Source: Prasinococcaceae sp. CCMP 1430
Lineage: Eukaryota; Plantae; Prasinodermophyta
Length of the DNA: 64,000 nucleotides
Direction of reading: 5' to 3'
Assembly: GCA_013416795.1 (NCBI GenBank)
Contig: RQSC01001393.1
Coordinates: forward strand, 11,368-75,367
Positions 43,372-53,813 of this stretch are shown here, piece after piece. A program made the translations under genes and the position numbers. The notes beneath the pieces were generated by a model that saw only the letters and a list, made by a program, of their open reading frames with translations, was not told where the DNA came from and did no database searches. Numbering within the stretch: position 1 is the stretch's first letter; each line of letters opens with the position of its first letter.

Positions 43372-44169
43372 TCAGTCGTGCCTCGTGAGCACGTCGTCGA
43401 GGCCGAGCTTCTTGGTTGGCTTCGGCGCCGGTCTTCCTGCGGGCTGACCGAACCAAATCGTGCCGACCACATACTCGTCCTCGGGCACCCCCGCCGCCTG
43501 CCGGAAGCGGGGGTCGAAGTTGACGCCGCCCGTGGTCCACTTGGTGCCGATGCCGTCGGCGTGCAGCGCAACGCACAGGTTTTGCACCGCGCAGCACACG
43601 GCGGCATAGTCCTCCCTCTCGGGCGACATTGGGGCGTCGAGCCCCTCGCCGCTCTCCTTGCAGGTGACGACCAGCCAGCCGGGCATCGCCAGCCACCGCT
43701 TGAGCTTCTTCTCTCCAGCCTCGGGACCCTTCTTGGCGCTCACGATGTCCGCGTTGAGCTCACACACGCGCCGCGCGGCCTCGGGCCCAAGCAGGTGGAA
43801 GCGCCACGGTTCCGTGCGCTTGTGGTTCGGCGCGTACAGTGCGCACTCGAGGGCCCTGGTGAGCTTGTCCTCCCACCCCTGCGGCAGCACCTCGGCGAAC
43901 TCGTTGACGGTGCGCCGCCCCAGCAGCGCCTCCCACGCGCTCATGCCCGGGGCCGATCCCTCGGCATCTCCCACTACCTTTGATCCCACCGCCGCCGCTG
44001 CCGACTTGGCTCGCGGGGCAGACCGCCGGGTAGGAGGCCGCGAGGGGCCCGCGCGCGCAGCGCGTGCAGCGGAGGCGTTTTGCGCGAGCATGGCCGCGAG
44101 GGCGAGCACCAGCGCCCCGAGCAGGCCGCTCACGAGGTACAGGTAGGCGGCTTGGGACTCAATCCTGAC
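43372..44169 (-). CDS. Nitroreductase family (FMN-dependent) protein
   Basis: LLGRRTVNEF, ALYAPNHKRTEPWRF, DYAAVCCAVQNLCVALHADGIGTKWTTG and VVGTIWFG. It is preceded by a hydrophobic segment (YLYLVSGLLGALVLALAAM). The true start is unresolved. Confidence 0.9.
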   Translation of the reverse strand, partial: VRIESQAAYLYLVSGLLGALVLALAAMLAQNASAARAARAGPSRPPTRRSAPRAKSAAAAVGSKVVGDAEGSAPGMSAWEALLGRRTVNEFAEVLPQGWEDKLTRALECALYAPNHKRTEPWRFHLLGPEAARRVCELNADIVSAKKGPEAGEKKLKRWLAMPGWLVVTCKESGEGLDAPMSPEREDYAAVCCAVQNLCVALHADGIGTKWTTGGVNFDPRFRQAAGVPEDEYVVGTIWFGQPAGRPAPKPTKKLGLDDVLTRHD

Positions 44170-44349
44170 CTGCGAGGGGGCGCGGCGCCTGCGCGCGCGC
44201 TCGAGGGGGCGTGCGGCCCCGCGCAAGTGCCGCGCCCGCGCACCGCCCGCCGCTGCCGCCCCCGCAAAGGGTTTCGGGCTTGGGGGGCGGCGCCGCAGCC
44301 AACTCGCTGCCCGCCGGTCCGCCCGCGCGGCTGCGGCTTGCGAGGAAAG

Positions 44350-45637
44350 ATGGCGGTGGCGCGCGTGTCTCCATGCCCCTCGCAGGTGTGCGCGTCGCGG
44401 CAGCCGCGCGCCGCCGTGCGCCGCTCGCTCGCGCGCTGCCACTGGAAGAACAAGAACAAAGGCACTCCGGGCTCGCGGTACAACACGACCAACAAGAGCA
44501 AGGCCGCAGCAGAGCAAGCGGCGGCTGTGCACGCTGCAGCGCACGGGCCGCCGCCCGACGCGCGGCCACCCCCGGTGATGCTCGACGGCGCCAACCTCGC
44601 TTGGGCATACGCCGATGCAATCGCGCGTAAGACCGGCTACCGCGGGCGCATCGGGCCGCTCTCCCGCGGTGTTACGCTCGCGATGGAGCATGAGGCCATC
44701 AAAGACTCGAAGTCCGTGGCGTTCCTTCCGCGCCACTACGTCATTGGCACGCAGCGCGAGCTCCTCGACGGCTGGAATGTGCCACGCGAGTGCGTTGAGA
44801 CGCACACGTCCATCGTGCGCGTGTCGAAGCTCTCGAAGAAGAAGACCGTGCGTAATGAGGCCGCTTGGGCGCTCGTGGAGAGCGGCGCGGCAGAGCTCGT
44901 GACGCGCAACACCAGTGCGCCTGCGCCGCGCAACCGGGACGACGTGGAGCTCTTAGTGGAGGCCAAGCGTACCGGCGCGCTCGTGTGCACCAACGACATG
45001 TTCAGGGACCACAAGCGGAACCGCGCGCTCGGTTTCAGGCAGACCAGCCACTTCAAGGACTGGCTCAGGCGCAGTCGATTCGAGTTTGAGTTCCGCGTCA
45101 CGGGTGAGGTGGACGAGGCCGCGCTGGCAGCCGAGGAGGCCGCGCGCGATCCTGCACCGCTCGAGGGCGACGCCAAATGGACGATCATCGACGAGGACGC
45201 CGAGCGGCCTGGCGGCAACGCCGACCATCTTGGAAGGCCCAAGCGCGGCATGGATCCGCGCCACCCGCTTCTCTGGCAGGACAAGCTCACGGTCGAGTTC
45301 GTGCCAAAGGTGAGTGCGCGCACGCGTGCGCGCGCGTCGTTGGGCTGTCCCGGAATTACAGATCGCTCTATGTGTCGGGGCGCGGCGCGAGCGTGCACGC
45401 GCACCGCACGCTCGGCCCCCCTCGGCAGCCTCCGCAGCAAGTGCTCAGCCGCTGACTCTCTCCCCGTCCCTTGCTGCGCTGTCTCCCCATTCCCCTCCTC
45501 CCCCCCCCCATCCGCGCGTGTGCATTCATTGCTCGCGCGCCCATACGCAGTTCAACACGCCGGTTGCTAAGAGGCTGGGTCTCGTCAACGACCAAGCGGG
45601 TGAAGCTGAGCCAGCCGAGGGCGCCCAGGCAGCATGA
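44350..45637 (+). CDS. NYN/PIN-like ribonuclease domain protein (Zc3h12a/PRORP-type active site) with a transit-peptide-like N-terminus
   Basis: VMLDGANLAW ... RNRDDVELL ... LVCTNDMFRDH form the acidic NYN catalytic motifs. Intron at 45310-45550. The N-terminus MAVARVSPCPSQVCASRQPRAAVRRSLARC is Ser/Arg/Ala-rich. Confidence 0.8.
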
Positions 45638-45823
45638 GGCACGCATGGACGCGGGCGCGTGTCGCTTCTGCCGCGGCCCTAGTAATAAGCCAGAAAGGCA
45701 CCAGCCAGGCATACGCCTCTTGTGCGCGCGCGTGGTGCACGTGCACGCCCGCACGCTTGCTAGCAAAAATCGCCTGCCTTACTTCGTGTGCCGCTGGCGC
45801 ACGCACACACGCGCGCTCGGCTA

Positions 45824-46425
45824 TCACTTCACCTCAGGAAGCTCCTCGCCTTCGGGAATGAACTTCATGGCGGCGGCGTTCATACAGTAGCGCTTGCCCG
45901 TGGGCATCGGTCCGTCATCGAAGACATGTCCCAGGTGGGCGCCCGATCTGGCATCTACGACCTCCTCACGCACCATGAAGGGGATGGACCTGTCGATCTT
46001 AATCGTGACGTGCTGTGGGTCGATCGGAGCGTAGAAGGACGGCCAGCCCGTTCCGGAGTCGAACTTGGTCTCGCTGGAGAAGAGCGGCAGGTTGGTGACC
46101 GCCGAGACCCACGTGCCCTTTGTCTTGGTGTCGTGGCGCGCCGAGCTGTCCGCCGTGACGCCCGTGAAGGGCCGCTCGGTCGCCTCGCGGAGCGTGACGT
46201 CCTGTGAGAGCCGCGGAAGCGACGCCGCGAGCTCCTCGACCTTCGCGCGCGGCAGTGGCGTCACGTCGTAGCCGCTCTTCGAGATGACCTTCTCGCCGGG
46301 GGCCAGCTCCTCAGCGCTCGCGCTGTTGCCCATCGCGCGATCGAGCAGTTTCTGGAAGAAGCCGCCCGACGCCGCCGCGAGCGCCAGCTGCCGGCGCCCC
46401 GCCCCGCTGCCCGCGCTCCTCGGCG
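45824..46425 (-). CDS. msrB: Peptide methionine-R-sulfoxide reductase MsrB, 5' partial
   Basis: ATERPFTG, LFSSETKFDSGTGWPSFY, REEVVDARSGAHLGHVFDDGP and RYCMNAAAM. The Zn-binding CxxC pairs are absent. The 5' end runs into the gap. Confidence 0.95.
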
Positions 46426-47202
46426 NNNNNNNNNNNNNNNNNNNNNNNNNNNNNNNNNNNNNNNNNNNNNNNNNNNNNNNNNNNNNNNNNNNNNNNNNNN
46501 NNNNNNNNNNNNNNNNNNNNNNNNNNNNNNNNNNNNNNNNNNNNNNNNNNNNNNNNNNNNNNNNNNNNNNNNNNNNNNNNNNNNNNNNNNNNNNNNNNNN
46601 NNNNNNNNNNNNNNNNNNNNNNNNNNNNNNNNNNNNNNNNNNNNNNNNNNNNNNNNNNNNNNNNNNNNNNNNNNNNNNNNNNNNNNNNNNNNNNNNNNNN
46701 NNNNNNNNNNNNNNNNNNNNNNNNNNNNNNNNNNNNNNNNNNNNNNNNNNNNNNNNNNNNNNNNNNNNNNNNNNNNNNNNNNNNNNNNNNNNNNNNNNNN
46801 NNNNNNNNNNNNNNNNNNNNNNNNNNNNNNNNNNNNNNNNNNNNNNNNNNNNNNNNNNNNNNNNNNNNNNNNNNNNNNNNNNNNNNNNNNNNNNNNNNNN
46901 NNNNNNNNNNNNNNNNNNNNNNNNNNNNNNNNNNNNNNNNNNNNNNNNNNNNNNNNNNNNNNNNNNNNNNNNNNNNNNNNNNNNNNNNNNNNNNNNNNNN
47001 NNNNNNNNNNNNNNNNNNNNNNNNNNNNNNNNNNNNNNNNNNNNNNNNNNNNNNNNNNNNNNNNNNNNNNNNNNNNNNNNNNNNNNNNNNNNNNNNNNNN
47101 NNNNNNNNNNNNNNNNNNNNNNNNNNNNNNNNNNNNNNNNNNNNNNNNNNNNNNNNNNNNNNNNNNNNNNNNNNNNNNNNNNNNNNNNNNNNNNNNNNNN
47201 NN
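46426..47202. other. Assembly gap (N run)
   Basis: 777 Ns. Confidence 1.
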
Positions 47203-48014
47203 GACGGCGGCGCCGACGGCGGCGCGGACGGCGGCGCTGCGAACCCGTTCTCGGCGGCGAAGGGCGCGGGGCCGTTCTCTGTGGAGGGCGCCAAGGCGGG
47301 CGGCGGCAGCAGCCGCAGCAAGGGCAGCGAGGGTGGCGCAGGCGGGGAAGCCGCCACCCCTGCGGCATCCCCATTTGCGTCGGCGTCGGCGCCGCCAAAG
47401 GCATCGCCCTTCGCGAGCAGTGGCGCCAGCGGCAGCGGCACAGTTGCGGCCAGCCCGTTCTCTTCGGCGGGGGGAGAGGTACGCGCTTCAGGCCTGTCTC
47501 GTGCCCTCCCCAGGCCATGGTTGCCTCCTCACCTTCCGCCGCACCTCTTGCGCATGTGTCTTCCTGCGCTTGCACTCGCAGAGTGCAGCGCGCGGTGTGC
47601 GCTCGCTGACCCAGCCGCGCCGCCGCTGCCGCCCGCGCCTGTGGCCACACCTGCAATCAATCAATCCCCATGAAGAAGCCCGCGTCGAAGCCCGCGGCCA
47701 CTGCGGCGAGCCCGTTCGCTTCGGCGGCGGCGCCGTCCAAGCCTGCCGGGTCGAGCCCGTTCGCAGGAGGAGGCGGCGCTCGCGCTGCGGACCCTTTCGC
47801 GCGCCAGGCCGGCAGCCTGCGCGAGCCGTCCACCGCTGAGCTCGAGGCCGAGAACGAGGCCATCACTCGCAACGCGCCAATCAAGCGCCAGACATTCAAA
47901 CTCGCGCTGGGACAGCTCGTGCTGGTCGGTTCGTTCACGCTCATCACCGCGGCGATGCTCGGGACGTGCTACCTCGTGTACAAGATGGGCGGCATCACGC
48001 TCGCCTACGATTGA
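47203..48014 (+). CDS. Hypothetical disordered protein with repeated [S/N/D/G]PF motifs and a C-terminal TM helix, 5' partial
   Basis: Frames 47203-47478 and 47670-48014 both carry ASPF/NPF/DPF repeats. There is a GTACGC donor at 47479 and a terminal TM helix LVLVGSFTLITAAMLGTCYLVY. The acceptor is uncertain. Confidence 0.65.
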
Positions 48015-48191
48015 TTTGGCGTGAGGGCGTACGCCGTGCGCTGCCTGAGGCCGTGCAGCGGCCGCGCGAGTGGGCGAGGGATATAAGAGCGAGCATGAGA
48101 GGCCTGTGCCTACGGACGCGATGCGCGCCCCCACGCGCGAGGGTATTGGCCCGCGCGGGGCGGGTTCTCACTCGCTCAGCTGAGCAGCTTC

Positions 48192-48356
48192 CTATTTTTT
48201 GAAGAGCGCGTCGAGCTCCTCGTTCTTGTGCATCTCCAGCATGATGTCTGAGCCGCCCACGAACTCGCCTTTCACATACAGCTGCGGGATGGTCGGCCAC
48301 GAGGAGTACTTCTTGATGCCCTCGCGCAGCAGCGGGTCGGCGAGCACGTTGTGTCC
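48192..48356 (-). CDS. Monothiol glutaredoxin (Grx3/4/5-type), last exon
   Basis: After a CCGACAG acceptor the exon reads [43 protein letters not shown]. Upstream exons fall in the gap. Confidence 0.9.
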   Translation of the reverse strand, partial: GHNVLADPLLREGIKKYSSWPTIPQLYVKGEFVGGSDIMLEMHKNEELDALFKK

Positions 48357-48548
48357 CTGTCGGGGAGGCGGGTCTGGCAGTGTGTACGCTTGCTCGGTGG
48401 TTCCTTGTTTGACGGAGGATGGATGGCGCTGGCTGGCGCTGCGCGGGAGCCACCCCTGCGCAATCAATCGGATTCGGGATTCGAGTTCCTGTTCGGAACC
48501 GCACTTCGCTCGGCCCGCCCTTGTTTCAAGTCGTGTGGCTGGGTTTGT

Positions 48549-48963
48549 NNNNNNNNNNNNNNNNNNNNNNNNNNNNNNNNNNNNNNNNNNNNNNNNNNNN
48601 NNNNNNNNNNNNNNNNNNNNNNNNNNNNNNNNNNNNNNNNNNNNNNNNNNNNNNNNNNNNNNNNNNNNNNNNNNNNNNNNNNNNNNNNNNNNNNNNNNNN
48701 NNNNNNNNNNNNNNNNNNNNNNNNNNNNNNNNNNNNNNNNNNNNNNNNNNNNNNNNNNNNNNNNNNNNNNNNNNNNNNNNNNNNNNNNNNNNNNNNNNNN
48801 NNNNNNNNNNNNNNNNNNNNNNNNNNNNNNNNNNNNNNNNNNNNNNNNNNNNNNNNNNNNNNNNNNNNNNNNNNNNNNNNNNNNNNNNNNNNNNNNNNNN
48901 NNNNNNNNNNNNNNNNNNNNNNNNNNNNNNNNNNNNNNNNNNNNNNNNNNNNNNNNNNNNNNN
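48549..48963. other. Assembly gap (N run)
   Basis: 415 Ns. Confidence 1.
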
Positions 48964-49079
48964 NCGTTGCCAGCGACGCTGCGAGCCGGCGGCGGCGGGC
49001 GCCCCGCCGCGCCTGCGAGGGGGGCAGCTGCGCCAGGCCGCGTCGCCAGCGGCAGCCAGGCTGTCGCCGTGGTGACGCG

Positions 49080-49720
49080 ATGTCGACGCGCTACGTGACG
49101 AAGGCGGCCTTGGTGCGGGACCCGCTCGTGGCGCTGCGCCGGCGCGAGGGCGGAGTCGTTGGGCGAAAGGCGGCCGTGCTCGAGAGCGTGTACGGCATCA
49201 CCAAACGACCGGGCATCGACCACGAACGCAGGCTGGCCGCACAGCTCGGGCTCGAGCATGCGGCGGTCAACCTGTGGTTCAGGAATCGCCGCGTGAGCGA
49301 GAAGCGCGCGGCGAGGAGACGATTGATGCTCTTGGGACTAGGTACGTGGGCGCACCTCTCGTGGCGCGATGAGCACCGGGGTGCGCATATCATTGGCGCG
49401 GCGAGTCGCGAGCTCGCCTGTGCATGTCCTGACGACCTCATCCTCGCGATTCCACTTCGCACGCTCACGCGTGCTCGTCCACAGGCTTCCTCGTGATCCT
49501 CCTGGCGACAGGCATGCTCCTGTACATTCGCACAGACGCCTTCGCTGGATGGGCCAAGTCATACCAAAAGGGCCGGCGCAGCCGCGCGGAGACGAGCGAG
49601 AAGGCAAATCGCAACAGTGGCGGCGCCAACGCAGCGGGCTATCACGCGCGTCGCCGCACACCGCGGCAGCGCGACTTCTCAGACGCGACGGGCGTGCAGG
49701 GTGGCAAGCCTAGGACCTGA
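49080..49720 (+). CDS. Homeodomain protein with an adjacent transmembrane helix
   Basis: LESVYGITKRPGIDHERRLAAQLGLEHAAVNLWFRNRR (helix 3 WFxNRR). After intron 49342-49484 the spliced sequence reads LMLLGLGFLVILLATGMLLYI. The frame is open upstream to the gap. Confidence 0.82.
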
Positions 49721-49764
49721 GTGTACCGCCTTTGTAGCTGGTAGAATAGACTCTTTCATCACCG

Positions 49765-50861
49765 TTATCGCGCGCGCTGCATGCCTGCGCCAATGGCGCT
49801 GATCCCATACGCGAGTGCCGCCGCCGCGGCGCCAACACCGACGGACGAGAGCGCCGCTGTCGTTTTCGATTGGCCGAGAGAATGGCCACGAGCAGCGCCC
49901 AGCAGGCCGAGCACCGTACCTGTCATCATGGTACCCACCGGGATGGCGAGGGAAGACGGCAGCGCGAGCACGGCCATGATGGGAACCGACCCGAAGATGG
50001 CATGGCCCGCGGCGGTGGACAACCCATCGACCACGGGATTCTCGTCCTCGGTGGGCAAAATGCCCAGCTCCTCAACCATCACTACGAACAAAGTCGCCGA
50101 GGGCGCGCCAACGCGGAGAGCGCCGGGTCAGCTGAGGATACGGCAGGTCAAAGAACGCGGCTGCTGCAGGGCTGGAACGGCGTGGTGCGAGCGGGCCGGC
50201 GCACGCACTGTGATCGAGGAAGAACGACGGGTACTTGGTCATCGTGCCAATTATCGTCTCTGCGTCGTTCTCCTTCATCCCCTTATTCACGTACAGCTCG
50301 ATCATTTCCTCGCGCTCGCCCTCGGGAAAGTTTTTGAGCTCCCACGCTTCGCGCCTCCGCTCGAAGGCCTTGTGCTCCGCCTCTGCCTTGCTGCTGTTGT
50401 AGTCGCTCAACCCACTCGCGACGGACATCCCCCCGACACACGCCACGCCAATGCATCGTATGACAGGAGCGCTGAGCGCACAGCCTGAAGACGCTGCGAG
50501 CAGAGTCGCGGCAACCAGCGCGCCGTCGTTCCCACCGAAGACTACTGACTTGACGAAGCCGGGAAGCGCGCTGCCGTGACCTGCCTCGCGTGACATGGCT
50601 GGCTTCGTGTGTGCCTTCTTCATGTCCTCGACATCGCCTGCAGGTGCTCGCGACGGAAAGCGGCGCGGCGATGGCGCAGCAGCGCGAGAGGGCAGCCGTC
50701 AGAAACAGCGCCGACGGCTTTCCGGCCCTCAGGGCAAACGTGCTCTGCGGTGCGCCCGCGCTGGCTCCCAAAACCGCCGCGGTTGCGCGCGCACGCGCGC
50801 GCGCACCCTTCTCAAAGGCCACCTTGGCCGCGGACAGGTCGCGGCACGCGAGGTCCGCCAT
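49765..50861 (-). CDS. VIT1/CCC1 family iron/manganese transporter
   Basis: Exons 50861-50807, 50637-50209 and 50081-49765 give FVKSVVFGGNDG, GMSVASGLSDY, ERRREAWELKNFPEGEREEMIELY and FLDH/MMVEELG. Confidence 0.92.
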
Positions 50862-51306
50862 CGCCGCACGCCCCGCCGCAGCGCCTCGGGCGCGCACGCG
50901 CACGCGAAGGCACGCCGCCGCCCCCCCTGCTCCCGGCGCCGCGCGCGCGCTGTGGCGCCACGCCACGCGCCGTCCCCCCCCGCGAGCGACCCGAACCCTA
51001 AATCGCGGCAGTGCGCACCGATGGCAGGAGATGCGGGGGAACCCTCGGCGAAATTGCGCGAACAGCGAAAGCGCATGGAACAGACCCTGGACACGATCCC
51101 CTAACTCCGCGCGCGGCTCGTACCCTGCGAGTAACCCTAACCGCGACCTCCCCGGGGAGGGCGATCAATCAAAGGTGCCGGCCGCGAGCGCAGCCGATGG
51201 TGCAGGCGGCGGGTGGGGTGGGGTGGGGGGTTGAAGGCTGCGGGGGGGAGGCGGTCGGCCGCGGCGTGGCGCGCGTGGGCGACTTGGTCGGCGCCACCGT
51301 GGGCGN

Positions 51307-52980
51307 GGCGACGAGCCGCAGCGGGGGGCGGGCGCGGCGGCGGCGGGCGAGCAGCGGCAGCAGGAGGCGCCCGCGCAGGGCGATCGGCGAGACAACTCTC
51401 AGGAGGCGCCTCCCGCCGCCGAGGTGCCGCGCCCTGGCGTCGGCCCCGGCGAGGAGGTGGTGAGCCTGCGCGAGTTCCAGTCCGATGTGCTGCGCGTGCT
51501 CGATGTGCCGTGCCGCGTGACAGCGTTCGAGGTCGAGGGCAACACGCGCACGCCGGCCTCGACGATCGAGTCGGCATTCGAGGGAGCTGAGGAAGCGCGC
51601 ACCTTCGAGGAGGTCTCTCGCGCGCTCGACGCCTGCGTCGGCGCGCTCGAGTCGCAGCGCGTGATGCGCTCGGTCGATGTCACCGCGGTGCCCCATCCGT
51701 ACAACGACGGCGAGGCGACCGTTCGGATCGCCGTCGAGGAGCGCAGGCCGCTCACGTACGACGTGGGCGTGTACACGAACGCGCGCACGTCGCAGCTGAC
51801 CTTCGAGGCGCGTGCGGGCCTCGCCAACGCGCTCGGCCGCTTCGAGCACATCCAGGGAGCGTGCGAGATCGCGAGCGACCAGACCTGGACGTACGCCGCG
51901 GGAGCGCGCGTGCCCCGAAAGTTGCCCGCCTTCCTCGCGGCGGCGGCGGTGGCGACCGGGCGAAGCGGCGGAGCGGACGCCTTCGTGCCGCACCGCGGCG
52001 AGGCTTTCGCTGAGGTGCGTCGCGTGAGCCGCCGCTGGGAGAAGTATAGCTCCATCAACGAGGTGTCGCAGGGCGTCGAGTTCGGCTTCGACAGTGGCGT
52101 GCCGACGCTCGGCCGCGCGAGCTACGAGCTCACGTGGCGGGAGCTCGGCCAAGCGAGCCTGCGCACGAGCAGCGCGGTGCGGCGACAGGCGGGACACGCC
52201 ATCAAGTCGGCGGTATCATGGGGTGCGTCGCTGGGGAGCGTCGACAGCGAGAGCTGCCCGCGAAGCGGCCAACAGGTCAAGTGGAACGCGACGCTGTGCG
52301 GCGTGGGCCCCGATGCGCGCATGCTGCGCTTCGCGCGGCTCGAGGCGCATGCGCTGGGCGCGTGGCCGCTTCTGCGCGCGCGCGGCGGCGAGGGCCTCGA
52401 CGTCACCCTGGTGTGCGGCGCGCGCGCGGGCGTGATCGCGCCGTGGGGCGCGAGGCTCTCCAAGCCCGCCACCGTCGTCGACAAGTTCTTCCTCGGCGGC
52501 GCGGGTGACCTGCGGGGCTTCATGACGAAGGGCGCGGGGCCGACCGCGCGCCGTCGCAGGCCGGGCTCGGCGACGGCTGTCGCGGCGGCTACGGCAGCGC
52601 CCGCTGCAGGAGTCGAGGAGGACGTCGACATCAACGACGCGGCCGCAGACGCCGCCGGGCGCGACGTGCTCGGCGGCGATCTGCTGGCGTTCGGGTCAGT
52701 TGCGGTGCAAGTTGACCCGCCGGCAAGCAGCTGGACGGAGCGCCTACGAAGCATGGGGGTGTATGCGCAGGCATTCGCGGACGTCGGCGCGCTCACTACG
52801 CTTGGCAAGGGCGTGGGGGCGCTGCGCGACAATCTGCGTGCGTCGTGGGGCGTGGGCGTCGCCGTGCCGATCACCAACAACGCCGCGCTGGAGATCAACT
52901 ACTGCGTGGTTGCGCAAGCCAAGGCGCACGATCGTGTGCGCGAGGGCTTCCAGGTCAATCTGCGCGCGCACGGGCTTTGA
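51307..52980 (+). CDS. SAM50: Omp85-family outer-membrane beta-barrel assembly protein (SAM50-like), 5' partial
   Basis: One POTRA-like domain (VTAFEVEGNTRT...), NALGRFE, beta-strand pattern, FFLGGAGDLRGF (VRG[FY]-loop) and a C-terminal ASWGVGV...LEINY. The frame is open back to the single N at 51306. Confidence 0.8.
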   Translation, partial: GDEPQRGAGAAAAGEQRQQEAPAQGDRRDNSQEAPPAAEVPRPGVGPGEEVVSLREFQSDVLRVLDVPCRVTAFEVEGNTRTPASTIESAFEGAEEARTFEEVSRALDACVGALESQRVMRSVDVTAVPHPYNDGEATVRIAVEERRPLTYDVGVYTNARTSQLTFEARAGLANALGRFEHIQGACEIASDQTWTYAAGARVPRKLPAFLAAAAVATGRSGGADAFVPHRGEAFAEVRRVSRRWEKYSSINEVSQGVEFGFDSGVPTLGRASYELTWRELGQASLRTSSAVRRQAGHAIKSAVSWGASLGSVDSESCPRSGQQVKWNATLCGVGPDARMLRFARLEAHALGAWPLLRARGGEGLDVTLVCGARAGVIAPWGARLSKPATVVDKFFLGGAGDLRGFMTKGAGPTARRRRPGSATAVAAATAAPAAGVEEDVDINDAAADAAGRDVLGGDLLAFGSVAVQVDPPASSWTERLRSMGVYAQAFADVGALTTLGKGVGALRDNLRASWGVGVAVPITNNAALEINYCVVAQAKAHDRVREGFQVNLRAHGL

Positions 52981-53139
52981 AAGGGCCGAGTCGCCCAGCG
53001 GTCTCCTACCCCCGCCTCAGCCGCACGCGCGCGCGAGGGCTGGTGCTAGAGCGATTCATGATTTTTGTGGAGCCCGAGAGCCGTGCGCGGCGCGCGCGCT
53101 CTGCCGTCCCCTCGCTGATGCGTTACACCTGAGTGGTAC

Positions 53140-53711
53140 TTACTTCGGGGGCGGCTTTGAAACGTTTGGCTTCTTGTGCGCGTTGCCGAAGAAGGTCGCC
53201 ACCGCCGGTGGCGCGCTGCGCTTCTTCTTGTCCGCGTCCTCCCTGGGTCCGATTAGTGCGCGCGGTCGGTCCTGTCGGGGAACGTGCCGACCGTGCGCGC
53301 GTATAGGAAGCGGGCGACGTCGTCAGCGCACGTGCTGCAAAGCGCGCCGCAGCCAGCGCGCACGCGTGGAGTGCTCTCGCGTACCTTGAAATGAAACTTG
53401 CGTCGCACGACGCCAACGACCTTCAACGTGCGCCGCCCTTGCTGCCCATCGTCGTCCGCCGCCTCGAGGATCGCCAGCGGCTTCTTGAGCTTGATTTCCT
53501 TGCCCTCGAGCCTGTGGTATCCAATCGTGAAAGAGGCCTTGCCAGATGCCTGATCGCCGCAGAACTCACCCAGATCGACGTTGTGCGCATCGAGGACCGC
53601 GCCATCCTCATCCCCGCCCTCTAATTGTGACTGCATCTTCACTTCGCCCTGGAGCTCGATCATCGCCCACTCGTCGCAAGCGCCGCACGCGCACTGCACC
53701 TTAATCACCAT
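53140..53711 (-). CDS. CTF8: Chromosome transmission fidelity protein 8 (Ctf18-RFC subunit)
   Basis: Exons 53711-53385 and 53271-53140 give EWAMIELQG, FTIGYHRLEGKEIKLKKPLAIL and VVGVVRRKFHFK/DRPRALI. Confidence 0.88.
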
Positions 53712-53813
53712 GGCGACTGCGCGGCGCAGTGCACCCCTACCCGCCGCCGCGCGCACAGGCCCACCCTAGCCTTCCGCGCGCGCACGCGCTCGACGCGGAC
53801 GCCCTCTGCGCTG

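Noticed and set aside
45824-46425. Zinc-free MsrB as a novelty
   Set aside because: MsrB variants lacking CxxC motifs are well known.
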